Shown here: in pieces, positions 11,373 through 21,500 of the stretch
Position numbering within the stretch: the first letter of the stretch is position 1
Layout of the letters: the number at the start of each line of letters is the position of its first letter
Assembly: GCF_000281045.1 (NCBI RefSeq)
Contig: NW_008246103.1
Span: 274,582-300,578, forward strand
Direction of reading: 5' to 3'
From: Saprolegnia diclina VS20
Lineage: Eukaryota
DNA: 25,997 nt
Position numbers and translations under genes: made by a program
Notes under the pieces: model-generated
What the model was told of the DNA's origin: nothing
What the model saw: the letters and a program-made list of their open reading frames with translations, nothing else
Databases searched by the model: none

Positions 11373-11428
11373 CTGCGTCGCTTCAACAGAAAGGCCGTTT
11401 CGCGATCGTATCTTTTGGCCGCGAGATC
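11373..11428. promoter_or_regulatory. Very short divergent intergenic region (putative bidirectional promoter) between the dynein and LRR genes
   Basis: Head-to-head ATGs at 11372 (-) and 11429 (+). Contains CTGCGTCGCTTCA at 11373-11385. Confidence 0.55.
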
Positions 11429-12363
11429 ATGCCATCGACCGACGACGCCGATGATTCCGACGACGACGCTTTGTGGAAGTTTGCACCGCCGCCAGCGTCC
11501 GTGCTCCGTGACGCCTCTACCGCCACGGACGTCGACATGACGCCGTTCTACGACGTCGACCCGACTTTCGAGCACAAATTGCGTGCGCTCGGCCCTCGGT
11601 CGTACCACGCCGAGAGCCTCCGCGTCGCGTGCCGCGACAACGTGACGTCGCTCGACTGGTCCCAGACGTATGTGACGCAGAGACACATGGACGCGCTCTC
11701 AGCGTACGTTGCGCTCACGTCGCGCCACCTCGTGTCCCTCACGTCCGCCAGTACCTATCCACTTGATAGTTCTGAGTTTCAATTTGGCTAGTTTGTCCAA
11801 GAATGCGCTCGGGCCGAGTGGCGCCGAGCTGCTCGGGCTCGCGCTCGTCACCAACAACACGATCGAGTATTTGGACGTGAGCGAAACCGAGCTCACGGGA
11901 AGTCCGCTCCGCCCGTCCTTTGCCGGCCTCTCCAAGCTCGTCCAAGGCTGGGAGAGCAAACGCTCGGTGTTGCGGCACCTCAAGTACGATAGAGTGCCTT
12001 TTGCATCTACTGCCTCTATCCACTAGCATTGCTGGCGCGGGGCTCCAGCCCAACGGCGTCCGGCTTGTCTGCTCGGCCCTCGCCTTTCATCGCACGCTGA
12101 CGGCGCTCAATATATCGAGCAACATGGCAGGCATCTTCAAGGACAAGCAAGGCTATGTCGCGCTAGCGAGTCTGCTTCGCTTCTCCGGATCGCTCACGTC
12201 GCTCGATATGTCCAACAACCCGTTCCAGTCGGCGGCGACGGGTACGCTTGTGGAGGCACTCGATGGAAACACGGGGCTCACATCTCTCAACGCCACCGGC
12301 TGCAGCGTCGCCGACGCCCTCTACCAGCTGCATCTACCTGCGCTGTTTGACCTACGACTTTAG
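11429..12363 (+). CDS. RNI-like leucine-rich repeat protein (about 280 aa)
   Basis: Exons 11429-11742, 11792-11983 and 12027-12363 join in frame. LRR units include LTLSKNALGPSGAELLGLAL, IEYLDVSETEL, LTALNISSNMAG, LTSLDMSNNPF and LTSLNATGCSV. Confidence 0.85.
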
Positions 12364-12429
12364 TCCTAGCAAGATATTGCGGACTAAAAAGTTGACAGTC
12401 TTTTCGCATTCGCTACGTGAGACGAAAGG

Positions 12430-13522
12430 CTAGACGCGAGGCAGGTGTCGACACCACTCGGGTCGCTTCTTGGGCGACGCTGCCGTCATGGCGCGCTCCA
12501 TGGGTGTGGTGGGACCTGGCGTCGGCCCACCACCGCTGTCCGTGTAGTTGCCCCAGTACAGCGCCGTCGATCGATCTTGGCTCTTTGGTGGGCTCCACAC
12601 GCGGTTGAGTGTTTTCCACTCGTTGAACGTTGTGATCGGGTCGGCTTCGGGGGCGGCCTTGGGCGAGCGCAGCTGTGACAAGGACGCCGACTGCGTGATC
12701 GACGACCGGCGTGGCTCGACGAGCAATGGTCGGCGCTGGAGCTCCTTGACTTGGCTCTCGAGGTGGGATATTTTGTCCCGGAGGTCCTACGTCCGTTGTG
12801 TTGCGACATGGGCCCGAGACGACGATCCGTGTACACTAATGATGGCGAGCGCTTCTTGCTCGCGCTCCTGGGCCATGTGAATCGAGTGCCACGAGCGCTC
12901 GCACTCCTAGTATGTTGGAGAGATGTACATTAATGTCGCCTCTCATGTCGACGAGCAAACTACCTCTTTGAAGAAGCCAAGGCCCTCGGCTTGGGTGTCC
13001 TTGACGTGCAGTTTGGTCTGAAGCTTGACGACTAGCAAGCACACATAGTGGCATCGTACGTATCGAGTAGGACAATTACCATTCAGCATCACATCAAACT
13101 TGAGCTCGCGGCACTACAGCCACACTCCGCTTACGGAAGCCATCGAGAGTCGCATGTACCTTGACGATGAGTTGCTGCTCGCGCGCCAAACTCTCGCGGA
13201 GCTGGCCACTCAGCATGGCGTATTGCGCCTTGAACCACTCGAAAAGCTTGAGGATTTGACGCTTCTGAGCCGCCTCACCCGTGTCGGTCTCGAGAATGTG
13301 AATCATGTTGATGACTTCTTCACGACTCTCGAGCTCCTCAACGGTTGCTTTTGGGGCCTTCTTCTTGGGCGACTTTTTCGGAGACGGCATGCGTGCCATC
13401 GTCGATCCGCGGCGGAGGTCCCGGCGACTCGTTGCCTTCTCGGGTACAGCGCTGTTGAGGCTCGTCTTGCGCACGGACGGCCGGCGCTTGTCCTTCTCGG
13501 TCTTGTCCTTGTCGGCCATCAT
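12430..13522 (-). CDS. Coiled-coil protein resembling the N-terminal region of CFAP58/CCDC146-family flagellar proteins (about 297 aa)
   Basis: Exons 13160-13522, 13080-13113, 12964-13031, 12835-12906 and 12430-12786 splice in frame (894 nt). The segment FKAQYAMLSGQLRESLAREQQLIVKCRELK..FKEECERSWHSIHMAQEREQEALAIISDLRDKISHLESQV is colinear with the CFAP58 N-terminal pattern as I recall it (F+.EY..L..S..E..L..KCREL..KE.E+AW..E..A...I..L). Confidence 0.75.
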
Positions 13523-14291
13523 AAACCGACTTGGTGAAACCGATGATCGTTATAGACAGGCGGGGACCAAATCATCGCCGGCGTGTGCTCTCATAGCCGT
13601 CTTGGGGTCGGCGCATGCATGCTTGCACAGTGGCACACAGGTCCGCACTAGCAAGGCTCAATAAACAGTGTATTGACCCCCAACCCTAGACGCCAACAAC
13701 GTAGCTGGACCGACCCTACCCTACCCTTGACCAACCCGAGGACGCAAGTGTAGCGACCATGCAACAGCGTGACCTTTGGACGTCTCCGTGGGCTGCTACG
13801 AATGCGAGAGGAAGCGGAATACAAGTTGCGCTGAAGCTCGGATCGAATGCGACGGCAAGACTGGAAAGTCGAGAAGAGGCAAAATGGAAAATGATCATTG
13901 GGAAGCAACGCTTAACATGTAGAACGAGACGCACTATGCTGCATACCGAGGCCGAGACGAAGGCATCGGTCTTCAACGACAAGGTCTTGCTGATCAGCGA
14001 CGAACAAGTGCGTACGTGGCACGCACGTGAGGACGCTGGGCAAAGATATGGAGAAGCAAAATGTAGACGGCGAAACGTGGTACTGCGGTACTGGTGCGAA
14101 TCTTGGCGAGGACGTCAAGTGACGCACCGGACGGCAGAAGATGCATGGTGACGCCGGCCGAACGGTCCATATCATTACAGACCATCGCAATGCAGTATAT
14201 GGACAGGACGACGCAAGAGGAATAGGACATTATAGCGACGGAATAGTAGTATTCACGGGCGCGGAACGCGGTGTAAACTGCAGTTCACGCG

Positions 14292-15284
14292 CTAAGCTTC
14301 CGTCATGTGGTCATGGACGTAGATGGCCACGACCGTCGTGTCGTCGACCTTGCCGCCGTTGAACTGGTACCCGTAACCCTCGCGCGCGAGCTTGGAGAAG
14401 GGCGACTCGCGCGCTTGGTCGTGCGCAAAGGCGTTGGCCATCATCGTCAGCGAGTACGACACGTCAATCATGGCTTGTCGCAGCGCTTGCGGAGACAACG
14501 CTTTGGCGAGCACGGGGCCCACAAAGCGCATGGACTCGTCGAGGATTTCAGCGTCAAACACGTTGTCAAAGAGCCCGTCCGAGCCGATGATGATCACGTC
14601 CCCGGCTTGGATCGTGTGGCGGGTCGTGAACGAGCTGGCCGGTGAGTACGGGTCGACGTCCGGGCTCTCCATCCACGAAGGGTACAGTGAGAGCTGGTAC
14701 GGCGCGTTGAACGCCCAGGTCTGTTCCACGCTGCGAAAGACGACGCGACCGTTCCGGATGAGGAGGTAGCCCGAGTCCCCGAGGTTCGCGGTCGTGAGCT
14801 CGCCGGTTTTTCGGTCGAGGACGAGAAACACCGCAGTCGAGCCGCCCGGATTGGCGTCGCCGCCACGCAACACATGCTGGAAGCCATCTTCCATGAGCGC
14901 GAGCGGGTCCAGGCGCGGCGACGACTCGAACGACGCCTTGGCGCCGGCTACGAGCGCCAGCGAGAACGCGGACGGATCCACGCCGCTTTCCGTCCAGCCG
15001 CCGACACCGTCGGCCACGCCAAAGCTCACATACGTTGGATGCGCAAACGAGCTCACGTAGTACGCGTCTTCGCCGCAGTTGGCACCGACGTTGGCGTTGG
15101 CGGCCTTGGTCACTTGCCGGCGCTTCTTGGGCTTGCAGCCAACACCAATCTCCACCGATAGCATCGCCGCAGGCGTGGCGCAGCTAGTGTGGCCATGCGC
15201 ATCGAGCGCACACGTCTCGTCGGTCGGCGCCTCGCGCGCAGCGATGACAGCCACGACCAGGCCCAGCCACCGTACGAGTTGCAT
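14292..15284 (-). CDS. PTC7: PP2C-family protein phosphatase, PTC7 type (330 aa, intronless)
   Basis: Motifs GEDAYY, GVADGVGGW, GGSTA, ANLGDSG, FNAPYQL, GSDGLFDN and GGKVDDTTV. I placed the start at ATG 15284 (MQLVRWLGLVVAVIAA). The track's extension to 15803 is antisense to the kinesin-9 gene. Confidence 0.92.
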   Translation of the reverse strand: MQLVRWLGLVVAVIAAREAPTDETCALDAHGHTSCATPAAMLSVEIGVGCKPKKRRQVTKAANANVGANCGEDAYYVSSFAHPTYVSFGVADGVGGWTESGVDPSAFSLALVAGAKASFESSPRLDPLALMEDGFQHVLRGGDANPGGSTAVFLVLDRKTGELTTANLGDSGYLLIRNGRVVFRSVEQTWAFNAPYQLSLYPSWMESPDVDPYSPASSFTTRHTIQAGDVIIIGSDGLFDNVFDAEILDESMRFVGPVLAKALSPQALRQAMIDVSYSLTMMANAFAHDQARESPFSKLAREGYGYQFNGGKVDDTTVVAIYVHDHMTEA

Positions 15285-15477
15285 CTGTCTGGCGTGCTGT
15301 TGTTTGGGATTGCGGTACCCTTTTTGTCGAAAAGGTCCCTCTCTTGGGACAAATACCCCTTTTTGACATTGTCGACCCTCGTTTGGACCGTAGTATCCGG
15401 ATGCCGGATGCGACGTTGCCCTTTGGCTGCGTCGCTTCACGAGCCGACACCAAGATCTTATTGCGGGTCCGCACAGC
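15285..15477. promoter_or_regulatory. Putative bidirectional promoter (193 bp) between PTC7 and kinesin-9
   Basis: Head-to-head starts at 15284 (-) and 15478 (+). Contains CTGCGTCGCTTCA at 15427-15439. Confidence 0.55.
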
Positions 15478-17913
15478 ATGGGCAAGAATGGCGTCAAGGT
15501 CATCATCCGCGCGCGGCCGACCGCGGTCTTTGCGACCAACCAGATCAACATCGACCAGGACGACCACACGATCGAGATCGACTTGAGCGATACCAAGGCC
15601 GAGACAGGGCCGTCCAACAAGAAGGAAGCGTGGAAGTTCAAGTTCCACCAAGTACTCCAGAACGCCGGCCAAGACAAAGTGTACGAAGCGATTGCGCGGG
15701 ACATTGTGCACGGTAGCATCGTCGACGGCATCAACGGTACGATCCTCGCGTACGGCCAAACCGGCGCCGGGAAGACGTTTACAATGATTGGCGACACGCG
15801 CAACTACCAGCACCGCGGCATTGCACCGCGCGCGATTGCGCAGGTCTACCAAGAGATGGACGCGCGCATCGAGATCGAGTCGACGGTCCATGTCTCGTAC
15901 ATGGAGATCTACAACGACCGTATCTTTGACTTGCTCTCGCCGCACGACGACGATCTCGACGTCGCCGACTATGTGGTCGTCGAGGACAGTCGAGGCACGT
16001 ACGTGCGTGGGCTCACGCAGGTCGAGGCGCCCACAGAGAAAGATGCACTCGACCAGCTCTTCAAGGGCGAGCTCCAGCGCACGGTCGCCGAGCATCAGCT
16101 CAACAAACGCTCGAACCGGTCGCACTGCATTTTTACCTTTCACATTTCGCAAGTAGATTCCATCCGTGCCAATGCCTTCTGGCTCATGGCTTCGAGTAGA
16201 AGTCGCGCACCGGCGGCAACGAACACGTCGTGCACAGCAAGCTCCACCTCGTCGACCTCGCGGGCAGCGAGCGCCTGAAGAAGACCATGCACGACGACGA
16301 CAGCAAAGCGCACAAGTCGACGATCAAGAAGGAAAGCATGTACATCAACCAGAGCTTGACGTTTCTCGAGCAGTGTATTGTTGCGCTCGGGTCGCGGGAA
16401 GCGCGCCACATTCCGTACCGCCAAACCAAACTCACCAACGTCCTCAAAGACTCGCTCGGCGGCAACTGCAACACGCTCATGTTTGCTTGCATCTGGGTAC
16501 ACCGATATGTGTCGTTTTCTGCTGCATTTTTGATGGGATTTCTCTTTTTGATGTTGAGTTTCGAATTTGAGTTTTGATGTTGAGGGTGGAGAATTTTATG
16601 ATGGGGTTTCGTAGGGCGAAAGCAAGCACATTGAAGAGACCATCTCGACGCTCAAGCTCGCCCAACGCATGATGCGCGTGCAGAACGAAGCCACTTCGAT
16701 CGTCGAGACCGACCCGAGCATTCTTCTCAAAAAATACGAGCGCCAAATCAAAGAGCTCAAGCAAGAGCTCACGATGCACGACGCGCTCGTCGAACGCACG
16801 GGCGTCGTCTACGACGAGCACACGCCCGAGCAGAAGTTTGAGCTCATGCGACTCGTGCGCGCCTACACGGACGCGCCGACCGACGATGATTTTTCGCTCT
16901 TGCAGCTCTCGAGCTTGCGGCACATCAAGGAGCTCTTTCGCCAGTTCCGCCTTTTACTTCGGAACGCCGAGAGCGCGTCGCCGCAGGCCCTCGCGACGCG
17001 AACGTCGACGTCGAATGCATCGCGCGACAACGGCAGCGCGCCAACGACACTGGACGACGACGAAAAGCTCGTGGGGGATCCGGAAGAGCACGGGTTCGTG
17101 CTCGGTGTTGCCCCCGCCGGTGCGATGCCCGTGTCGCTCGAAGTCAACAAGAAGGACACTGCATTGCGCCTTGAAGAGACAACGATTCGGGATGCAACGA
17201 TCGACGATTTGGCGAGCGATGAGAAAGCCGGCAACAACGACGTCAAGGGCAGTGATGGCGACGACGACGATGGCAAGAACGACGCCTACAAGGTACCAAT
17301 ATGCGATCGACCGGTGTATGTATCGCGGCCATGTTAGTTCTTTGTTGGCAATGGACCTGGAAAGAAGACGCATATGCAGCTGCAAGAGGAGAAGGAATCA
17401 CTCAAGCAAATCAAGGAGAAAATGAAGGACATCACCGGACAGCTCAACCGCACAAAAGCCGCGATCGACGAGCTCAAGCTCCAAGTGAACGAGAAACGTA
17501 CGAACCGCAAGAGTCCCAAGAAGGAAGGCAAGGCGACCGACGACGAAGTCGTGGACGAAGAAGAGTTCATCTTGATGCAGCGCGAGCGAGAAGCCAAGCG
17601 CGACTACCGTGTGCTCTTTGACGACCTCAAGGAAGCGCGGGCCGAGTACGACTTTACGCAGCGCAGCATCGAGCTCCTTCGCATGCGCATGGTCAATGAA
17701 TTCGAAGAGTGGTTTCGAGACGGCGGCAGCCAAGCCAAGAACGGCGATGGCGACGGCGACCAAGACAAGCTCGACGAAGGCGAAAAGTTTGATCAAATGG
17801 AAGTCGACCGCATTCGAGCGCAAGACCCGGACTCGCTCGCGTTCTTTCAAGCGCAAAAGAAGATGCGGCAGAGCACATCGACAAGCGCCAACCAGCGAAA
17901 GACCAAGCGCTGA
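15478..17913 (+). CDS. KIF9: Kinesin-9 family motor (KIF9/KLP1-like), about 741 aa
   Basis: Exons 15478-16152, 16200-16496, 16615-17292 and 17338-17913. Motor motifs: GQTGAGKTFTM (kinesin-9-type P-loop), [60 protein letters not shown]. The neck ELKQELTMHD and C-terminal DEEEF..KRDYR..F..L..A..E..EFEEWF coil are typical of KIF6/9. Confidence 0.93.
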
Positions 17914-18562
17914 GTCACAATTCGTCCTGCTATGAAAAAGATCAAGTACATGCGTATGCTTCTGTCCTGAGTAGCTTCTGAGACCAAAATTGGAGTGGAG
18001 AAGGACTATGGTGGAGGTAGGCCACACCACCATGGACACGTCGACGGCATCATCATTGCCTTCACTTCTATGCCCCGTCATGTATAGCAAGGTGGCTGTG
18101 GATCCCGATGGACGTGTCGTCGCGATGGTGCAGCGTAGCGTGCGAAGGACCAAGACAATGTTGAGAGGTCGTCGAGGCGGAGCCCAAGTGGCCCTTCTCA
18201 CCGCCAAATGGGCTTGGTGTGTGGCTCTGATCGTACCGCTTCCACTATAATACCTTTGTCCTGATAACCCAACTGGTTCGATCGGGTGCTGCCTCGAAGT
18301 TGACGGTTTGCCATCAGATTTATGCGACGAGTCGATAGTACGCTAGATACCCAGTTGCATTGAGCCCTGTCGCTTCGAACCCGGGATGCCATTCAGCGCG
18401 AAGCTCAAGGCAAAAGCGCCCCACAAGGTGCTGCGTTGCTAGCCCGTAAATGATGCGAATATGCACGCAAGCAAGCTCAGGAACAGCAATACCGCCCACA
18501 CGGTCGCATGGTCGGTCGAGCACCAAAGAAAGCAAAATGACGCCGGCAATTGCGGATTATTT

Positions 18563-21500
18563 TTAAGGGTACGCGCCGCTGGAGAAGACTTCGCCGAGCA
18601 CTTCATCGTAATCGGGATCCTCGGGCGACGGCGGCGCGAGAAGCTCGGCTGCCACGATCGACTTGCGTTTCTTCTTCTTCTTGGTCGCCACTGGCTTTTC
18701 AACGTCGTTCACTTCGTCGTCGTCTTTCGGGAGCGACTTGCGACGCCGGCGCGAGGGTCTGTCTTCGGTCTCGCCCAAGCCCGATGTCTTCGAGTCGGTC
18801 GTTCGCCGGCCTTGACGCGAGCCTTGACGGGACTGAAGCCGGTCCCGCGGGAGGTAGTCGTCCATGTGCTCGTCGTCGTCGGCGCCCAGCGGGTACACGA
18901 GCTCGGACGTGGCGGTGCGCGCTTCGTCCTACCACATGTATATATGTATTGCACCGCTTTCGGTCAACGTACGGCGTGTACAAGCAGCGGCTCCAAGGTT
19001 TGCCCGAGCCCGTTGTTGGGGCTCTCGCCTTCGCGGTGTCGGTGCTTGGACGATCGTTTTTCTCTCTTGGATTTTGAGGACCGCTTGGGCGTCCCATCGT
19101 CCCCCTTGGTGCTGTCAGTCCGCGTCGTCTTGTGGGCACTCGGCAGCTTGACCGACCGACTCAAGTCGGCCAACGGCAGCAATGTCATGCCCGACGTCTC
19201 GTCGCCACGGCTCGGTAAACCCTCGATCGTACGCTAGACACAGAACGGTGGATGGTGGCGGCCGGCATCGTAGCGTACCCGCGTTGTCTTGTTGCGCGAT
19301 TTGCTCGACCGATTGCTGAGCGCGGAGCCGTCGCACACCTCGGCGCCGCCCACCTCCCCACCTGTGATCGGGCGGTCGATCGGCGTGAAGGCGCCACCAC
19401 CCAGCGTCGGTAGCTTCATGCTGGTAAAGTCGCTTCGCGGCTTGATGCGGGGCAGCTGCCACCTAGTGCACTCGACTTGGACCAAGGTTCTCTGCAACTC
19501 AGCAAATACTCTTCCTTGTCATCGATCCACACCGCCTTGTCCCACACTTTGACGAGCTCGTTCTGGGGCAAGAAGAGCTCGACGAGCTGTTCCATGAGCT
19601 TGACCTCGCGTGTTTGTTGGCGTATCGTGTCCATGAGGCTGTCGCGCTCGCGGGCAAAGTCGGCTTGTTGGTCGACGATTTCTTCGCGCGCGGCCTCGAG
19701 CTTGGCCTTGTACTTGAGCTGTTTCTTCTTGTGCAGCGCCGAGTTGGCTTGCACTTGCTCCTGCGCACTCTTGAGTTCGTCCTCGACCGTGGCCTTCTCG
19801 GCTTGGAGCGCCATTTGTGCAATCTCAAGTTGGGCTTCTTTTTTCTTTTTCATTTTGAGCTTGATTTGCGCCCGCCGGTATTCGACCTGCCAACCAAAAT
19901 TATCCTCGCATCAAAAGACAATATACACTGTACCTGCTGTTTTAACAGCGCGATCTCAGCGTCCGCGGGCGAGTCGTGCTTGCCACAGATTTGGGACCCG
20001 ATTTTGTGCAGCTTGGACGCGAGTTCGCTCTTCTCTCGCACGTGGTGTTGCATGGCCTACGGATGGGTACAAAGCAATTAACGCGTCGAAAAGAAGCAAT
20101 AAATAAGGATATTTCGCACCAGCTGGGCCTCTTCGAGCTCCTTGGCCATGCGGTCGCGGTGGTTTTGAATCGTTTGGTTCATCTCTTGCAGTGCTTCTTT
20201 CTCCTTGAGATGGCCCTCGGGCACCACTTCTCGCACCACTTCGACGACTTCCTTGACGATTTTCACTTTGGGTGGCTGCGCAGAGCGCGCGACGGCCTCG
20301 GCCATGAGCTTCTCGGCCTTGGCCATCATGTCGGCGGCCTTGGCTTTGGTTTCTTCGGCCTCGAGGAACCGCCGCCGGTCGTCTTCACGCTTCTTTTCTG
20401 CGTCGGGGTCCACCTCGGCGACGGGAATCTCTTGTGACGGCGGGCGCGCGACCGTTTGCATCTCGAGCATCATCTTTTGTGCCGCTTCCATCATGCTGGC
20501 GGCGTCGGCTTTGGCCTTCTCGATGGTTTCTTGCTCGAGTCGAAGCTGGCGTTGCATCTCTTCTTTCTCCCGCTGCAGTGATTCTTGGAGCGCTTGGGAC
20601 TGGGCCGCGAGCGCTTCTTCGCGCTCGGTCGTGCTGCGCTGAAGCTGCAATGCGCGACCCGACGGTGTCGTCGGCACAGCAACGCCTTCGTTGTCGGTGG
20701 CCATTAAATTCGCTTCCTAGTCTTAGCTTTCAGTATGTCGTCCATTGACCAGTCGACGTACTTCTTCGAGCGTCATGGAGGCCGAGGTCGTCGGGGATCG
20801 CTCGACTAATGGCCACGGTGACTAGCTGGTTTTCATCCACCATAAATGATGGCCGCACCTCGTCGTGGTGGCGTCGGGCGGAGGGTGGTGTCGGGCGTGC
20901 TGTTGCAAAAATGAACAAAGCACTTGGGAGAATCGCCCCTACATGGCTTTTTGCTGGGCGAGCAGCAGCTTGAGCTGCTCAATTTCATTCTTGTATTCGC
21001 GCAACTTGGCGTCTTTCGGGTCTTCGTTGACGGTCGGTTTGTTCTTGATGTTTTTCGCACGGTTGGCGTAGCGCAGCGTCGAGAGTGTCTCGTCAAAGTT
21101 GTAATCCGCAGGGCTAATGGCAGCGACCATGACAGTCTTGGTGTTGCCACCAAGCGAGTCCTACAACGATTTTATAGGGTTATCCCGTGGTTGTATCGAG
21201 GATGTATACTTGAAGCAGCCGTGTGAGCTTCGAGTCCCGATACGGAATGTGCTTTCCTTTGCCGTCGACCAGAGCTACACCCCATCGCTTTCAAACTGAT
21301 ACATCCAAACACGGTCCGTACCAGAGATGACATTGCCAAGCGCAGAGAGACTCAAGTTGATCTTGCAGCCTTCCTACGCGCACGTTGTCGTATGCAGCAG
21401 TGTGTTGCGAGAGAACCTTAAGCCGTGCGCCAGTCGCGCCCGTCTTGCTTTGGCGCTCACTCCCCGCCAAGTCGACAAGGTTGAGCTAGACAGTACATAG

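Noticed and set aside
13676..13730. Telomere-like aaccctag / accctaccctaccct
   Set aside because: Too short and imperfect to call an interstitial telomeric repeat.
13648..14230. ORFs in the CFAP58-like/PTC7 intergenic region (e.g. 13759-14151, 130 aa)
   Set aside because: No recognisable domain, codon usage unlike neighbouring genes, and no convincing splice structure. A degenerate remnant cannot be fully excluded.
15415..15430. X-box-like GTTGCC-ctttGGCTGC upstream of KIF9
   Set aside because: Spacing and the second half-site do not fit the RFX consensus, and RFX factors are not known from this lineage.
15285..16152. 503-aa version of PTC7 (to 15803) and the 322-aa minus ORF 15184-16152
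   Set aside because: Both overlap the kinesin-9 exon 1 in antisense. The PP2C homology and a plausible ATG begin at 15284.
17990..18535. Small ORFs between the two convergent kinesins
   Set aside because: No motifs, often non-ATG starts, and consistent with 3' UTR or intergenic sequence.
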